Source: Marsupella aquatica (Eukaryota > Plantae > Marchantiophyta). From it: a stretch of 64,000 bases of DNA. The notes beneath the pieces were generated by a model that worked only from the letters and a program-made list of their open reading frames with translations, ran no database searches and was not told the DNA's origin. The position numbers and the translations under genes were made by a program. Below are positions 62,491 through 64,000 of the stretch, in pieces (the first letter of the stretch is position 1; every line of letters begins with the position of its first letter). The stretch spans positions 20,161,292 through 20,225,291 of the forward strand of contig OZ316898.1 in NCBI GenBank assembly GCA_973895155.1. The letters are read 5' to 3'.

Positions 62491-64000
62491 TCAAGGTTTC
62501 AAATTAAAGACTAAAGAGTTACGGGTATGCACTCCCCTTTAATTTATAAATCAAGTTTTTAATTCTTTTATAATGGCCTTAAGGCCTTATGTCCAATTGA
62601 CCAAGTGTTAAATTCCTTATAAGTGCCTTATCTACTATTGACCAGGATAGGTTTTATTTTAGTCTACTAGAGTCTTGTGCCTCTCAACTCAAGGAATACA
62701 AACTACTTACAATAATATTGATTGTCTTGTCTTTGGTTAGTTGGCTTTGTTTGTTATGGCTTGGACTCTTGGGGTTGTGGAATTTTACTCTTTTTTAGTT
62801 TTAGAGTTTTTTATTATGAAAACTTTGCAAGTAATATGTCATTGCAAAATAATTTCATGGTGGAAATGATGTCAAATGAATGCCGAAAAGATGTTCGATA
62901 TTAAACATGTCCTTGCATAAAAGATGTATAATTCTGTGTAAACGATGCCCTTGAGCCAAGGATGTCATGGATAAAATTCCCCAAAATTTAAAAATCTTTC
63001 ACTAAACTCCAAAAAATTACCTTATACTTATGCGCTTCATAGGTTGGAAAAAAAGAAGTGCCTACTGCGGGCTCCCCTCCCAAGATAATATTAAGCCTTC
63101 CTAGCTTGGGCACCCGTATATATGCACACAATCCAACTTGACCAAAAAAGTCTAAAATGTATTTGACACGTCCCATAGTAACCTGGCTGCTGTACATTGA
63201 TCTCCTCCCAAGATAACAGGTCCTCCTTGGGCACGCAAGGCACACAATCGAACCTGACAAAAAAAGGTCTACAATGTATTTAACAGCTGTCAGGACCTCC
63301 ATTCAGGTTGGAGGAATTTCCTCCATTCAAGTTAACTTTGTAGCAGGATTTTATTCCCTCGGTTGAGCTTGTAAGCATGCATACCACTAACGTTTTGACT
63401 GGATTACATAATAATGTACTTTTGATTCTCATGAAACAGCTTAAAAGAAAAACTCACCAAAATGTATAATTCAGGGAAAAACAAAGTACAATGAAAGGAA
63501 AGAAAAAGTGTTCCAAAGTGGACAACACCTAACCAGAAAAAAGAAAAGCAAGTGTAAACCCTAAAAAGTAGAATAAAAAGAGAAAAGTGGCAAACACTAC
63601 ATGCGTGCAAACTCAATGACTAGTGCCCCAAAGTTCATGTAGGACACTCATGTTCATGTTCATGAGAAAAGCGTCAAACATGTTTATGAGAAAAGTGTCA
63701 AACACTACATTCATGAGTTCAGCAAGTGGAACAAGAATGTCCTCAAGGGGGACTAGCGTCTTGGGGGCACAATGGCGCCCAGTGTGAGGGATTGATGATA
63801 AATGGCTCCAACTTTAAATGGCCACTAGCCAAATAAAAGGTTGCTTCAACATTATTTTATTTTGTTCACTTTTAGTCCTCTAAATGTTCCATTTTTGGTC
63901 TCTAAATATACACTTTTTAACCCCAAAAGGTACACTATAGTACAATACTCTACACCTAAATTAATGGTCAATTCTAAACTTGAAGGGGCAAAAGGATCTT

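Overview
TE-rich eukaryotic genomic window from a land plant. A non-seed plant such as a bryophyte or lycophyte is plausible but is only my inference. Left to right: (1) the 5' part of a well-preserved Ty1/copia LTR retrotransposon on the minus strand (5' LTR 3746-4170, tRNA-Met PBS, gag, protease, integrase running off the window), with a single TGA exactly at the gag/protease junction; (2) decayed LINE-like and other repeat DNA (about 4.5-18.5 kb); (3) a 4-exon UDP-glycosyltransferase pseudogene (19383-23088, +); (4) an intact, intronless calcium-dependent protein kinase (31503-33122, +), followed by a ~100-bp tandem array and a pre-miRNA-like hairpin; (5) a frameshifted first exon of an MDR/enoyl-reductase-like gene; (6) a tandem pair of 9-exon CYP85-clan cytochrome P450s on the minus strand. 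P450 copy A (42463-47482) is a pseudogene with compensating -1/+4 frameshifts and its heme Cys codon changed to TGA. Copy B (56068-60824) splices to an intact 476-aa protein. Both carry Lys in place of the usual I-helix acidic residue. Several MITEs with recognisable TIRs and TSDs are interspersed. All exon calls and translations were made by eye; no database searches were run.
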